Assembly (NCBI GenBank): GCA_040954595.2
Contig: CM082596.2
Span: 9,003,124-9,067,123, forward strand
Length of the DNA: 64,000 nucleotides
Reading direction: 5' to 3'
Origin: Balanoglossus misakiensis
Taxonomy: Eukaryota > Animalia > Hemichordata
Shown: piece by piece, positions 23,911 to 37,201 of the stretch
Layout of the letters: each line of letters starts with the position of its first letter
Position numbering within the stretch: position 1 is the first letter of the stretch
The notes under the pieces: generated by a model
Told to the model about the DNA's origin: nothing
The model's input: only the letters and a program-made list of their open reading frames with translations
Databases searched by the model: none
Program-made: the position numbers and the translations under genes

Positions 23911-26282
23911 AAACAGTCCACACACGAAATAGTCCGTTCAGAGTGTATTTTCCTGTTAAGAAATGTTGCATAAACGTCGACTACAACGATCGAACACTAA
24001 AATCTAATAAAAATACAATCATAAAATCAAAGCAGGGAAACTATATATAATTTATGACTTTCTGCATTGTTTTGGTAACCGGTGAAGGTACTCTATACAT
24101 TTGTATTGGAAGTCATAATCGAAAACTTCGTGTGATCTCTTTCCATGACCAAGAAGCCTGTTTTATAAGAGTATCAAACCAAACTGTACGCGCCATCCCA
24201 TATAGATACTCGAGAAGACACTAGAGTGTCTATAGCTGCGTAAGGCGACTTCACTTCGGTTCATTGCGGGTTTTTCATCTCAATATCAACAGGTCGGCGA
24301 TCGGACGTCTATTCCCTTTCAAAGCGGACACCTTTCGGCAATTTCAGAGATCTGGTTATGAAAAAAATTCTGATTGTTGTTGAAATGCCACCTACCTAAT
24401 TGACACGTGTAGTGTGTCTTAAAGTTCAAAGCGTTCGCCCCGTACAACTGCTTAATCATGACGTCTGGCCAGGAGGCGTTATGGAATCGTAAATTTTACC
24501 AACAACGAAAATGGCGACATGGATCTTCGTATTGCTTCATGCAACTGCCGTTCTGTCAAGAACCCATCACCCAATGCACTTCGTGATCTCTATGAAAGTC
24601 ATAACATACTAGCATGCTTGTTACGAGAACATTTTTGCTGACAGATGATAACATATTATTCTTACATGATGAGATCGGGTCCAATAATCATTATCATTCA
24701 AGGTAATCTAATTACCAGGTCCAAGGAATAAATCAGAGAAAAAATGACAATTTCAAAAGGATCGCTTAGAACCACTGCTAAGTACTAGTGCCAGGTGTCC
24801 AGAATGGGTAAGTGTTCCCTGCTAGCATGCTACACTCGTCAAGACTGACAAATTCAAGTGAAATTTGGCTTAACTACCAAATCAATGTTGCAAGTCACTC
24901 GTCATTCGAGTAACAGACGTGTCATATTTGGAAACAACATCACTATGTCTACCATACAACTTCTTAAATGATCGAACCATTCCGGTTTTGCAAATTCCTT
25001 GTTTCACTGGCTCATTTCACTATACAGGGTGCATTTACATAAATGAAAAAGACAACGCTGACATTGAAACGGTTTTTCAATCAGGCAAAACGATCGAAGA
25101 AGGCCTTCCTGCCGTAGGCACTGAAGTGTCTCCTCGAGTATCTATATTTGCATGACGTACAGTTTGATTTGAATGTCTTGTAAAATAGAGTTCTTGGTCG
25201 TAGAATGAAACCTTTATATTGCTGATAGCAATTTATGACTTCCAAGATTGTTTTTCTTTTCTTGCGTACAATCTTTCGTTCACTGCTTCAAACCAATCTC
25301 AATGATAGGTCGGTGACGCATTTTCCCCTTCAAAGTGGACACGTCTCGGCAATTTCACTTTCAGAGACGACACCTAGTTACGAAACACTTTTTATTTTTT
25401 GAACTGCCATCTTGCCACTTACCATTGACACGTCAGTCAGTGGTCGCCAGGTTCCAAAGACAAGAGTCGCGGATTTACTAACTGCTCGTCGCCAGAATCA
25501 CTCTTTGTCGACGCTGCCATTGTCGAGACAAGGGTCGTTGTGGCTGTTGTGCATGGGCGTGATACACTTGTGTACATGTATTACATGTACAAACCAAACA
25601 CTGATTCAAAACTGTTAACCTTTTAGAAACAAAAGTCCATGCACACTGATTGGAATATTAACGTCAAGGTCAAGGGTTATTCAAAGGTACCGACTTCCTT
25701 TATGAGCCTCTTCAATGTTCAGTTTCAACTCATTAATATTTCGACAAGAGTGAGTGGACTCTCCAGCATATCACAATAGACCACATGATAACCATTACAG
25801 ATTACCATTGTTGTCCAGAATGCAGACTCCCGTGTTTTTTTTTCGCTACGTGTGGAACATAGCGAAAAACAGAGGAGTCTGGTTTCTAGAGAAGTACCAT
25901 TGGTACGTACATTGTATATCCACTTATCATTTCAGAACATCCACAAATATCAAGAATTTTGTGATGAATGTGTTTTATGCAACATCAAAAAACGTACGTC
26001 TCAAAAGTTAGCTCATATTTTGTGAAGGGCAAATGATTTCATTCTGCGCCCCAAAGCAGTTGTGTTCGACGCGATTGCGCAGCTCCTGTTTTCTGGAACG
26101 GTCGTCTTCCATTTATATGCAGGTATCAGCTGTTCCCATTTATAAGTATTCGCCGTTCCCTTCAACCCGCCTTCTCATTTTTGCTCAAGGTAACTTAAGA
26201 TTATTCTCTCTCAAAATTTAGAATAAAAACTCTGACCCCCAGGGTTCTCCCCAGCCTGACTTGAGTGCTGGCTACTCATTAA

Positions 26283-26567
26283 AGCGCGTAGCTCGTCTCA
26301 CGCGCATGCGCGTAACTTCCCAACAAATTTTCCTTTCGATGCATTCAAATAGTGGACTGCCTTCGCTTGCTTCCATATTTCATGCGCACCGTATAAGTAG
26401 ATTCTGGTTTTGTCCCTCCTTTTCACCCAAGCTAGTGTCTTTTTCTCCAACACAGCTTATGATCGCCGCCATCTTGTGTGAGCACTGCCTTATGGGATTG
26501 ACTGTTCACTAAACGTCTGTAACCAGCGGCTACAGTTGGAATATGCGTGAGAGACGAGCTACGCGCT
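26283..26567. mobile_element. Kolobok-type MITE
   Basis: TIR AGCGCGTAGCTCGTCTC and inverse, flanked by TTAA on both sides. Confidence 0.8.
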
Positions 26568-26911
26568 TTAATATTCATGTACATCAATATTCATACTATT
26601 AAAATTGTTTGTGTGACGGAACGGTCGGTCACCATGGTGATATAACTTTTGATTGACGGGGCCGTCTGCCTCCACGTGGTAGACATGCATCTCTTTGATA
26701 TACTCAGCATTTGTAGGTCGAGCACATTATATTCGAAATAGGTCTCGACATGCGACATTACGTCATGTTCTAGATGAAAAGGACCCACATTTCGTGTCAG
26801 CTATTATTAATTACTACCAGAAATGGCGCGAAATATGCAAATCAAAAGTTGGTAATTAGCCTAGTTTTGAGGGTTTTCAGTCAGAGTGGACCAAGACTTC
26901 GTTAGAGACAA

Positions 26912-27673
26912 TGGAGAGATTACTTAAAGCATTTTGAGTCATGTGCAACAATCAACAGGTGGGAGGACAACCAAAAGGCACAGTTTCTGGCAGCATCACT
27001 ACGTGGATCAGCCCAGAAAGTTCTAACACGGGTCCCTAACATCACCGCAGTTGAGTATAGCACTTTGGTCAAGTTATTAGACCAGCGATATGGGACGTCA
27101 GGTCAAGCTGAAAAGTATCTATGGCAATTACGGTGTCGTAAGAAACGAAGAGACGAATCCATACCCGACTTGGGGCAGGCAATACAGGAACTTACTGAGC
27201 TAGCGTATCCCGAACTACCGGCCGAAGCTGTAGATCGACTGGCTCGTCAGTATTTTACTGAAGCCATCCCTGATCCGGATATTCGGATGGATTTGCACCG
27301 AGAGCGGCCTCGAAGCATGGATGAAGCTATACGGACGGCAGTCTCCATCGAAGCCTACATCCAAGCAGAAGCAGAAAAGTCTGGGCAAAAGCGACGATAT
27401 ACACGCCACATCGGGTTTGAAGATAATGAAAACGACGCTGGGTTGACTGGCATGGAAACACCCCAAGACTTAAGTACAATTCCAACCCTCATAGCTGCTA
27501 TGCAAAAACTACAGCTACAAATGGGTGGAGAACAGAAAAAGCGAGAAGAAAGGAGTAGCCGACATTGCCCTCATAACCAATCGTCGGGAAACGACAACAG
27601 ACTGGGCATGTGGGCCAATTCCCAGTCTACGAACAACCAAGGGTCCAACAACCCATCCGCCATCACCAACTAG
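26912..27673 (+). pseudogene. gag: Gypsy gag, N-terminally truncated
   Basis: WRDYLKHFESCATINRW..KAQFLAASLRGSA, in frame with ORF 27065-27673 (QELTELAYP, FTEAIPD); start removed by the deletion. Confidence 0.85.
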
Positions 27674-27846
27674 CACAACCCACGAGTGACACAACCACCA
27701 CCAAGCAATGGTGGCACCAAATACAGCCAGTGAACAGCAAATGTCAGACAGGGGAGACACTTCGTGTTCCTTTCCCACCTAACCAACAGCAAGGGAAACC
27801 GTAAGGTAAGGTACGGGACAACGCGAACGCCTTCTACCCTGCACGC

Positions 27847-30800
27847 GTGGTCAACCAAGGGCCATTGCCCGCTGGCAGGACTGTGACGCCGAAGCCTGAT
27901 AGTAACATAAAATCAGACTTTGACAAAACTGACCCACCACATCAGGTTAATGCCGATTTACTATCAACACACACTGCAGCTGACGATACAACATTGCAAC
28001 CAGCGAAATCAGCCTTCTATGTCTCAGCAGTGATTCATGAGAAGCCAGTGGTCTCTTTCATCGACTGTGGTTCGGAAATAACCGTAATCTCCGATCGGAT
28101 CTACAAAGCTATGGCTCCACGCAGCCGCCCTCAGCTACTTCCCATCACGATAGATGCTGTACAGGCGGACGGGGTCACACCACTCACTGCCAGAGGAGAA
28201 GCCGACTTCGTCATCAGAGTCGGCCCAAATAGTACTACTATAAGAGCGATTGTTGCCGACATTAAGGAGGATGTATTGCTAGGCAATGATTACATCCTGA
28301 CAGCCCCGGCCGAAATCCGTACTCACTCATTGACATTAGGGTTCCACGAGGGAAGCGTTCCACTGCTCGACAGAAGAGGTGGCCACTTGTGCGCTCGGGT
28401 AATTGCAACAAGAGACACCGCAGTGCCGGCTGGCCATGAACTGCTCGTCACTTGCAAATTGTCCAGGCCACTTGGTCCAGCTCGGCTCGGACTGGTGGAA
28501 CCAACCACACAAAGTAAACTTTCAACTGTGGGGGTCATGGTTGGCAGAGTACTAATTGATGTCCGCCACAAACATGTGCCAGTCCGCATTATGAATGTTG
28601 GCCCGAATGCTCAAACCATTCTGAGGGGAACAGCGATTGCTTTAGCCACCACTGTCGACATAAGCGAACCACCACGACATGTCAACAACCTCTGCCCTTC
28701 CGAATATCAAGCAACAGATGAACCCGTCAGTGCGGTGCCTACACATCTGCAACCCTTGCTAGACGAGAGTATTGCTTCTGTTGGCAGAGACCATGTCAAG
28801 AAGTTGTCCGATTTTCTTAACCGATGGCAAGGCGTATTTTCCTGCGACAAAAATGATGTTGGTCGCACCAACGTAACCCAGCATAGCATCTACACAGGGG
28901 ATCACCCACCGATCCGACAGCAACCTAGACGCCAGTCGACATGGGCCCGTAATGAAACGGCGAAGCTTGTCGACGAGATGTTGGAAAAGGGGGTGATTGA
29001 ACCAACCGACAGTCCCTGGGCTGCACCAGTGGTTCTTGTGAAAAAGAAAGACAACAGTACCAGGTTCTGTGTGGACTACCGCCGGCTGAATGACATAACC
29101 AGGAAAGATGCCTATGCCATTCCCCGGATAGAGGACAGCATCAATGCTCTTTCTGGTGCAAGATGGTCCAGCACGTTAGACTTGACGAGCGGGTACTGGC
29201 AGGTTGAACTAGATGATCAAGCAAAAGAAAAGTCAGCCTTCACTACCTGGGGTGGGCTCTTCCAATGGAAGGTCATGCCTTTTGGCCTGTGCAATGCACC
29301 AGCGACATTCCAACGACTTATGGAACGTGTGCTGTCCGGACTTCAGTGGGACATCCTGATTCTCTATTTGGACGACATAATTGTGTATTCCTGTACAGTA
29401 GACCAGATGCTACAACGATTAGAGACGGTCTTTCATCGCCTACGCAGGGCAGGCCTGAAGCTCAAGCCCAGCAAATGTCACCTCTTTCAGCACCAAGTTG
29501 AATATTTGGGACATACAGTGTCGGAACAAGGCATCGAAACCAGCCCAGACAAGATAAAAGCTGTCAGTGACTGGCCTCCTCCAACCAACGTGCATGAGGT
29601 GCGTGGATTTCTCGGCTTAGCATCCTACTATCGCCGTTTTGTGCCCAACTTCTCCACAGTGTCCAAACCACTGACTCAGTTGACAGAGAAGGGCAGACAT
29701 TTCGAGTGGGACAGCGAGTGTGACTTGGCTTTTGAGACCTTGAAACAGAATTTGACTAACGCCCCTATACTAGCCTACCCTTTACCCGGAGCACCCATAA
29801 TACTTGATACAGACGCCAGTTTTTATGGTGTAGGTGCAGTTTTATCACAGATCCAAGATGGTATGGAGCGAGTGATATGCTATGCCAGTAGAAGCCTCTC
29901 AAAGCCAGAACGGAATTATTGTGTAACACGCAAAGAGTTACTGGCTGTTGTCCACTTTGTCAAACACTTTAAGCCGTACCTGTATGGTCAGCACTTCACC
30001 CTCAGGACAGACCACAGTTCTTTGAGGTGGCTATTAAACTTCAACGAACCGGAGGGACAGCTCGCTCGGTGGATGCAAGTGCTCGGTGAATACGACTTCA
30101 CAATTGATCACCGTCCAGGAAAGAAGCATACGAATGCAGACAGCCTATCCAGACGCCCTTGTCAGCAGTGTGGACTGAAGCATGGTTCACAGACTGGTAC
30201 AAGTGGCTACTTGAATAGCTGTGCATCTACCGAAACCCCCAACAGTACATCGACAAGTCGTCAGATGGAAACAACCATTGATGCAGGAACCCAGACTTAT
30301 GCAGACGACATGACTTTACCAAAATCACCCGATGAAACAGCAGATTCCACACAAGCGTCGACACGAGGTAATGCGATGGTCACCCGGCAAAGAACAACTG
30401 AGCATCTGATCAAAACGGTGACTTTCAAACCGAGCTGGGACTCTGCCTTCCTTAGACAAGAACAACTCAACGATCCTAACATCCGCCCCGTCTTGACAAC
30501 ACTCGAACAAGACGGTGGTAAACCAGATTGGAAGACAGTGTCATCTTGGTCTCCAGCCACTAAAGCATATTGGAATATGTGGGATCAGCTGCGGCTACGC
30601 AATGGTGTTTGTATCGTAATTGGGAAGGTACAAGCATCAGTGATAGTCATCTACTGCTCATACTTCCCACCTCACTAAAACCGGATGTTTTTGAAGAACT
30701 TCACTCTTCGAAAACTGCAGGCCACTTTGGTGTCTTCAAAACCCGTGAGAAAGTCCGCCAGCGATACTACTGGTATGGACTATCTGCCGACCTCAGATCC

Positions 30801-32241
30801 ATGGTCTGACAGTGCAACACATGGAAAGCCGGTGGTCGCAAAAGGCGTGCGCCGATTCAGCAATATATAGTATGGGGCCCCCATGGTAAGAGTCGCGTTC
30901 GACATCGTGGGACCTCTCCCTGTTACGGAACGAAAAAGTCGTTGGATACTAGTAGTGGGAGACTATTTCACTAAATGGATCGAATGCTACCCCATTCCAA
31001 ACCAAGAGGCGACAACAGTAGCAGAAAAACTGGTGGACGAGTTCATCTGCAGGTTCGGCATCCCCCGACAACTTCATTCTGATCAAGGGCGCAACTTTGA
31101 GTCAGCCGTGGTGACCGAGACGTGCAAGCTGCTAGGTATAAACAAGACAAGAACGACCCCATACAACCCAAAGTCCGACGGTTACATAGAGCGTTTTAAC
31201 AAGACACTCGTACAGACAGTATCAGTTTTAGTTGATCCAAGCCAAGAAGACTGGGACCTCGTCATCCCCTACGCTATGATGGCGTATAGAAGCTCAACGC
31301 AAGAAAGTACGGGTGAGACCCCGAACATGCTCATGTTGGGTCGCGAGTTACAACTGCCACTCGACTTGACACACGAACCGTTGCCGGAGCAGGCGGATAT
31401 AAATACAGACTACGCACTCAAACTTCGGGAAAGACTGCAATGTGCCCAAGAGCGCGCACGAGACAAACTTCAGAAAAGTGCCATCTCCCAGAAACGTCAT
31501 TATGAAGTCAATGTGCATGGCGGCCAGTTACAACCCGGCCAATTTGTCTGGTTGAAAGTCCAGGCATTCAAGCGAGGAAAGTCGAAAAAGATCACACTCC
31601 GGCAATGGGACGGTCCTTACCTCATAATCAACAAATTGGGCGAAGTTACGTTTCGCATACAACGCAGCCAATACTCCAAACCGAAAGTTGTACACTATGA
31701 CAGGTTGAAACCCTACGAGGGCACCCAAGCGACTGACTGGCGTGAGACAGTCAAAGACAAAAGTGAAGGTGACCAAGGCCAACTGGAGGCGGTGATTGCA
31801 CAAAACATGGCCCAGCTGATAGTTACTCGACTTACGATGAAGGCGATCCTGAGGTTGGTGACCTCTCGCCTGCTACAAAATATGACGATATACATCAAGA
31901 AGACGTGCCAAAAACGTCCGTCCCACTGTCATCCCCACAGAGTCAGCGGTATCCAAGACGACAGCGTCAACCGCCAGAACGACTTGGTGGATACATATAC
32001 CTGTGAGACGACAGTGACTGCTACTACTGGTGCTAGTACTGTGTGGGACACACTTGTGCTTGCATATACCAGAATGAATTTCAATTTGATTAGTTTCCAA
32101 AAAGATAAAAAAAGAAAAAAAAAGAAAAAGAAATTATATATACATATCACACTCTTTCGGTGTTTCATTTGTCTGTTTGCTGTTCAAAGTTTTCAAGTAC
32201 TTTCTCAAGGCCGGCTCCCATCCCGAAACAAGGTCAACTGA
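27847..32241 (+). pseudogene. pol: Gypsy pol (protease, RT, RNase H, integrase) with frameshifts and a stop
   Basis: FIDCGSEIT protease, SPWAAPVVLV, YLDDII RT, DTDAS RNase H, H..GH integrase zinc finger, FDIVGP/HSDQGRNFES/ERFNKTL core; 1-nt deletion near 30610, TGA at 30807, further shift near 30870. Confidence 0.93.
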
Positions 32242-32370
32242 CGTCAACTTTTCCTGTTGCCACGCGACGAACTTGTGCCAGGGTAATTAAGCTAGCAGCC
32301 ACGTGTGTCTAGCTAATTGGCACGAGTCAGAGCCGAATTTTGGTGATCGAAAGGATAAAATGTTGCAGTT

Positions 32371-33306
32371 TTGGCCGCGTTTGTCACCCCTGGGTACTCT
32401 GTGGTTTTTACCGCAGTGCGTCCACGTCCAGCAGAAGGACAACATCTCTACAGTATGCCTCGCCGAAGAAAAGCTTCAAGCACCACCACGAAACCGGTGC
32501 CGACCTTGCGAGACTACGAAATTGACGAGGAACAGCGGAGGGTGTGCACTGGTTGCCATCGAAAATTCCAGCACACCTACGAAGTCTATCAACATGTATG
32601 CACGGCCGACAACTTAATACGCCAGCGAGGCAAGAAACTAAAGAAAACGGCGGGTGATAAAAAGTCCCCTGTACCGACGCTCCGTGAAGACGGGGACACA
32701 TTGAAGCCGGCGGAGGATGCCATGAAGCAGATGGGCGATGCCGAGGAGCGTCAACGGGCTGGCGACGGAAACAGCACTGCAGACGTGGGTACAACGTCTC
32801 CTTGCTGTTTAGAAGATGAAATCGGGATGGAGGGGGTCGATCCTTTGGGCGATCTGTATTCGACAGATTGCCCCCTGTTCACTGGCGGAAAAGTGGACGC
32901 CACAGGTGAATCGCACCTGCGGAAGGAATGGAGACTCATTCCACTAGAGGGTCAGCGCCGATACGACCCACGGTTGACAGTCCATGGCCGAATTGGTGGG
33001 CTTGTGCGGTTCCCGTCAGGGTTTCTTCTGACCCTGTCGGCCGAGGTCGTCGATCGAGTGGTAGAAACCTACTCCACTCGTTGGTTCAACGGAGACCAGC
33101 CGACGACCGAGGTGGTCACCCAGCGAGTCTACTACATGCGTGGAAACGAGTTCATCAACGGAGAGGTCGTGCCTGACCAAGGGAGAACGAGACCATGTCC
33201 AGCAAGAGCGAGAGCAGACCCGACTGAAGGCGCCCCAGGAAAACCAGCAGAAGTGAATTCGAAGACTGCCAAAAGAAAATTAGACTTTGACAGTATAGTT
33301 TATTGA
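32371..33306 (+). CDS. Additional Gypsy ORF3 (311 aa) of unknown function with a zinc-finger-like motif
   Basis: Long open frame between integrase and the PPT/3' LTR; CTGC-X12-HVC motif; basic KRK C-terminus; no signal peptide or TM segment evident. Confidence 0.7.
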   Translation: MAAFVTPGYSVVFTAVRPRPAEGQHLYSMPRRRKASSTTTKPVPTLRDYEIDEEQRRVCTGCHRKFQHTYEVYQHVCTADNLIRQRGKKLKKTAGDKKSPVPTLREDGDTLKPAEDAMKQMGDAEERQRAGDGNSTADVGTTSPCCLEDEIGMEGVDPLGDLYSTDCPLFTGGKVDATGESHLRKEWRLIPLEGQRRYDPRLTVHGRIGGLVRFPSGFLLTLSAEVVDRVVETYSTRWFNGDQPTTEVVTQRVYYMRGNEFINGEVVPDQGRTRPCPARARADPTEGAPGKPAEVNSKTAKRKLDFDSIVY

Positions 33307-33540
33307 ACTTCGAACACAGAACAGAAACGATCACGGTGTGAATGTATTTCATGTTGGACTTAGTTTTTGGATATTGCAAGAAAACGCGACCATTCGTTAG
33401 ATACGGACTTCTGGCATTTTGTGTGTGAAGTTATTGTAGTTTTGTATTTTCCTGTAACGCTGCATTAAGATTTTTGATATTCTGAAATTTTGAAATAGCT
33501 TTGACTTTGGATGGAACTTCAAAGTCCTAGTGGGGGGCTA

Positions 33541-34081
33541 TGTGACGGAACGGTCGGTCACCATGGTGATATAACTTTTGATTGACGGGGCCGTCTGCCT
33601 CCACATGGTAGACATGCATCTCTTTGATATACTCAGCATTTGTAGGTCGAGCACATTATATTCGAAATAGGTCTCGACATGCGACATTACGTCATGTTCT
33701 AGATGAAAAGGACCCACATTTCGTGTCAGCTATTATTATTTTAATTACTACCAGAAACGGCGCGAAATATGCAAATCAAAAGTTGGTAATTAGCCTAGTT
33801 TTGAGGGTTTTCAGTCAGAGTGGACCAAGACTTCGTTAGAGACAGACCGTGTGGTAAGCAGCCCTTTTGATGTGCGCTTATACGATATCTTCGTAATAAA
33901 GTTGAACTGTTGTAGTTCTAAAAGTATTTCGTTGTATCGAGGTTGGTGTTCTTGTGGACTGTGGGTCGTTAAGCCCACGGATAGTACCACTCTCTCTCAT
34001 AGTGCGACGCGAACCCAATTATTCGTAAATCTGAGAGACAAACATAGCAGTTCTCCGATCCAGTGAGGAGCGACTGTTACA
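33541..34081 (+). repeat. Complete 3' LTR (541 bp)
   Basis: TGTGACGG..CTGTTACA; first ~300 bp match 26612-26910 with 2 substitutions and one 5-nt indel by eye; AATAAA near 33895. Confidence 0.95.
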
Positions 34082-36999
34082 TTTGCTAGCTTTTTCACTT
34101 GAGTGCTGGTCATGCCCGACCCCTGCCGAGCAACGTTGGGAGAACTCGGCCACATGGAGAGGTCTCACATGGTCATATCTGAACAAATAACAAATAGTCT
34201 CCTAGGAATGTCATTAAAAGTTTTGACGAAAGTCATCCGATTTTATTCATATGTCCTCAAATTACACGTTTTTACACCGTAATTTGCAAACATCCCATGT
34301 CAAAACTACAAATTATTGTTTTACTCCAATGCTTTTTACACTGAGAAAATAGTAAAGCCTCTGTCAGTGATTATAGTCAGTTATTATCATGTCCTCTTGT
34401 TCTCACTGATTATGCATATTATGTCTATCTTAATCAGTAAAGACGCACACATACTTTATAAAAAAGCTTTTTTATATGTATTTGTTCATATCATGAGGCA
34501 TTTTGGGATGCACCCTGATATATTATTTGTACACTATTTTATTGATACTGTAAAATCCGTCAATTAAGCTCCACCAATGTTCGGTGCCGGGCAGAACCGA
34601 CTTTGTTACATTTATCGCTTGATAAGTGCCAGCAAAAGACAGTCGCATGGGGGTTGTTTGTTTCTACCCAATCTTGTTTGCAACTGTGGCAAAAGACTAG
34701 AAAATCTTAACAACATCCTGACAACAATGGAAATGTGCATGATATATGTAAGCATTGTCGGTTTTTGAAACATTGTTGCAATGTGTCAGTAAGTTGGATA
34801 CATTGTATCAAATAAACATTTTGCATATGAATAAACTTGTTACCCCAAGAAGGAAAGTGCAGTGGCCAATTATAAGCACCACCTGGGACACTTCACTGAA
34901 GGGTGTATAGTGGAGCTTACCTGAGGGAAAACACAGTAAGCGTCTCGTAGAAACCAACACTTTACCTCTGTCTTGTGGACAGCAACAGGCGATAAATATC
35001 GTCCAGTTTAATCGAATATGTGTAGTGAAGTTTTTGGATGCATTTCACCGTGTCCAGGTGATAAAATAAACACCTTCTCCGCATCTGACAAAAAGAAAAT
35101 CTATGCAGTAGACTGCACATGTGCCATATATGCATTTGTCTTTGTCAGTGGCAGCTCTCGATTTTTCACCCGGACACAATGAATCCCCAAAAGACAGGTC
35201 AAAGAGAGAAGTCAACACAAAGTGTGAATAACAGTCAGTTATATATATTTACATCATTGTAAAATTTCCTAATATTGCAGCCAATTACAATTTTGTAGTT
35301 TCTGCTGAAATCAAGGATATTTTTTGTTATAAATTATTAATACGGTAATGTGGGTTTTGTATAATTTGCACAAGACAAATTTTGAGATACCGCAACAAAA
35401 TGACAAGATAATGTATCTACAATTTAAGTGTGCATACACTCGAAGTACATGTATGCTTTTAACCCTTTTCAGCCTGACCACCTGAGGACCTGTGATGTCA
35501 TTTGAAAGTTTTCTTCAAAGTCAAGGGCAAAGGGGAATACCGGGGAATACAAAACAATGTACACCCTAGCAAGTTGTAAACAAGGACGGTCGAAAATTCG
35601 CTTCCACGGCAACAAAACACACTTTGCTCTGAATAATTAAAAAAATACTGCACTACAGAGAGTTGGGGACACTCGCGAAGAAGTAGACGATCACCTATGT
35701 ACAAAATTGGGAAAGGTCAAAGATCATGTGCCATCTACGAGGAACCAGCTTTGATGATCTTGAATAATGCTTGGATGTTGTTGTTTTTAACGGCCGACCG
35801 GCACGAATTAATGACTTGTGTCTTGTATTTACCCACTGTGCAGAAAAACAAACAAATTTAAACAATAGTAAAATTCAAAAGTAACTGACATCACCGCTGA
35901 GTGAAAGGAGGGCACTACAGAATAAATCATTGCCAGAAATAGTAAACAAGTCTTCGATAAATGTACCATTTTTAGAAATATGTGTACCAATTCATCCTAC
36001 AAGATGAACCACAGCTATTACAGTATAGACCAATATTACAGAGAATTTAGAACGATGATGACAGTATGCCGCAATGTATTCTAGGAATAAGTTTATAAAT
36101 TTGTTCCTGAATTTTACTGTGTCAGTTGTAATACGGTGGCCGATACCGACACTCCTCTGCTATGCTAAGTCGGCCTCCTCTGCTATGCTAATTCCTGCGA
36201 TGCTATGCTAATTCCTGCGATGCTATGCTAATTCCTGCGATGCTATGCTAAGTCCTGCGATGCTAACTGAATCTGATCTGCTGTCGACCTCCTCTGCTAT
36301 GCTATGTCGATCTGCGATGCTATGCTAATTCCTGCGATGCTATGCTTATTCCTGCGATGCTATGCTAAGTCCTGCGATGCTAACTTAACCGGAAGTACTG
36401 GAGTACATTTTTACGAACAAACATACGCTCGTCTCACGGACTTGGTGAAGTTGTTATTTGGACGGCCGGAGAACTGAGAAAGCGGTAAGTGATAATAGAA
36501 ATAACATCTGAATATCTTATCCATAACATTTGTTTCGAAGATACGGATTTTGTAGGCGGCAACAAGCCGACAACCTCTGCAATTAGAGGCGATCGTTTCC
36601 CCACTTTCCAATCCTTGAAATCAAGACTTCATTTGCGGTCCTACTAATTACTGCCTGTCACTGCCCATCATTTTCTGTGGAAATTGGCTGATCAGTTAAG
36701 CCCAATATATGATGAAATTAATATTCGCGTATCAGTGGCCTCTCTCGATATTGCAAAAATTTCAACTCGCAAAAAATAACATGTTTTACAGTATTAGAGT
36801 TTACCGTCTTTGGTGGAGAAGTCTATTTGTTTTGACATAACAGATTAATTTTGGTTGCCTGAGTTGAAGTTGCAAATTTATAGAGTTAACTATGTTCACA
36901 ATTTTTCCTTATCATGGTATGTTTTCCTCATGGCTAAAGCAAATAGTTGTTTAGTGAATGCTTCCTGTGTGTCTTATACGAGAGCCACTTTCCTTTTAC

Positions 37000-37201
37000 A
37001 GGTGGTGTTGATTGTCTACAACTAATACAATGTAACATTGACGATCTGGACGTACACGTATGTTCACCTTATTATGTGGTCGACTGTCAGCTAGATGAAT
37101 ATCTACATCACATTATGATGGATGATTTGCTATTGCCAGCCAGGAATCCATTAGATGCTGAAGCTCTCTACCTGACACTTTTGGAAAGATTAACAGACTG
37201 A
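37000..37201 (+). pseudogene. Last exon of an IS3EU-like transposase (fragment)
   Basis: After tttacag acceptor: GVDCLQLIQCNIDDLDVHVC..DCQLDEYLHHIMMDDLLLPARNPLDAEALYLTLLERLTD*, resembling the P..A..LY..L C-terminus of IS3EU/integrase-core proteins; second copy 43438-43640 on the minus strand. Confidence 0.55.

Larger units (their letters stand above)
26612..34081 (+). mobile_element. Ty3/Gypsy LTR retrotransposon with a 5' internal deletion
   Basis: TG..CA termini; 4-bp TSD TTTG (26608-26611, 34082-34085); truncated 5' LTR 26612-26910; 3' LTR 33541-34081 preceded by purine tract AGTGGGGGG; gag-PR-RT-RH-IN order. Confidence 0.95.

Noticed and set aside
28323-30560. Minus-strand and alternate-frame ORFs inside pol
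   Set aside because: Shadow ORFs of the Gypsy pol reading frame.
34500-35200. Coding-like minus-strand stretch
   Set aside because: Multiple stops in all frames and no motif I can recognise.
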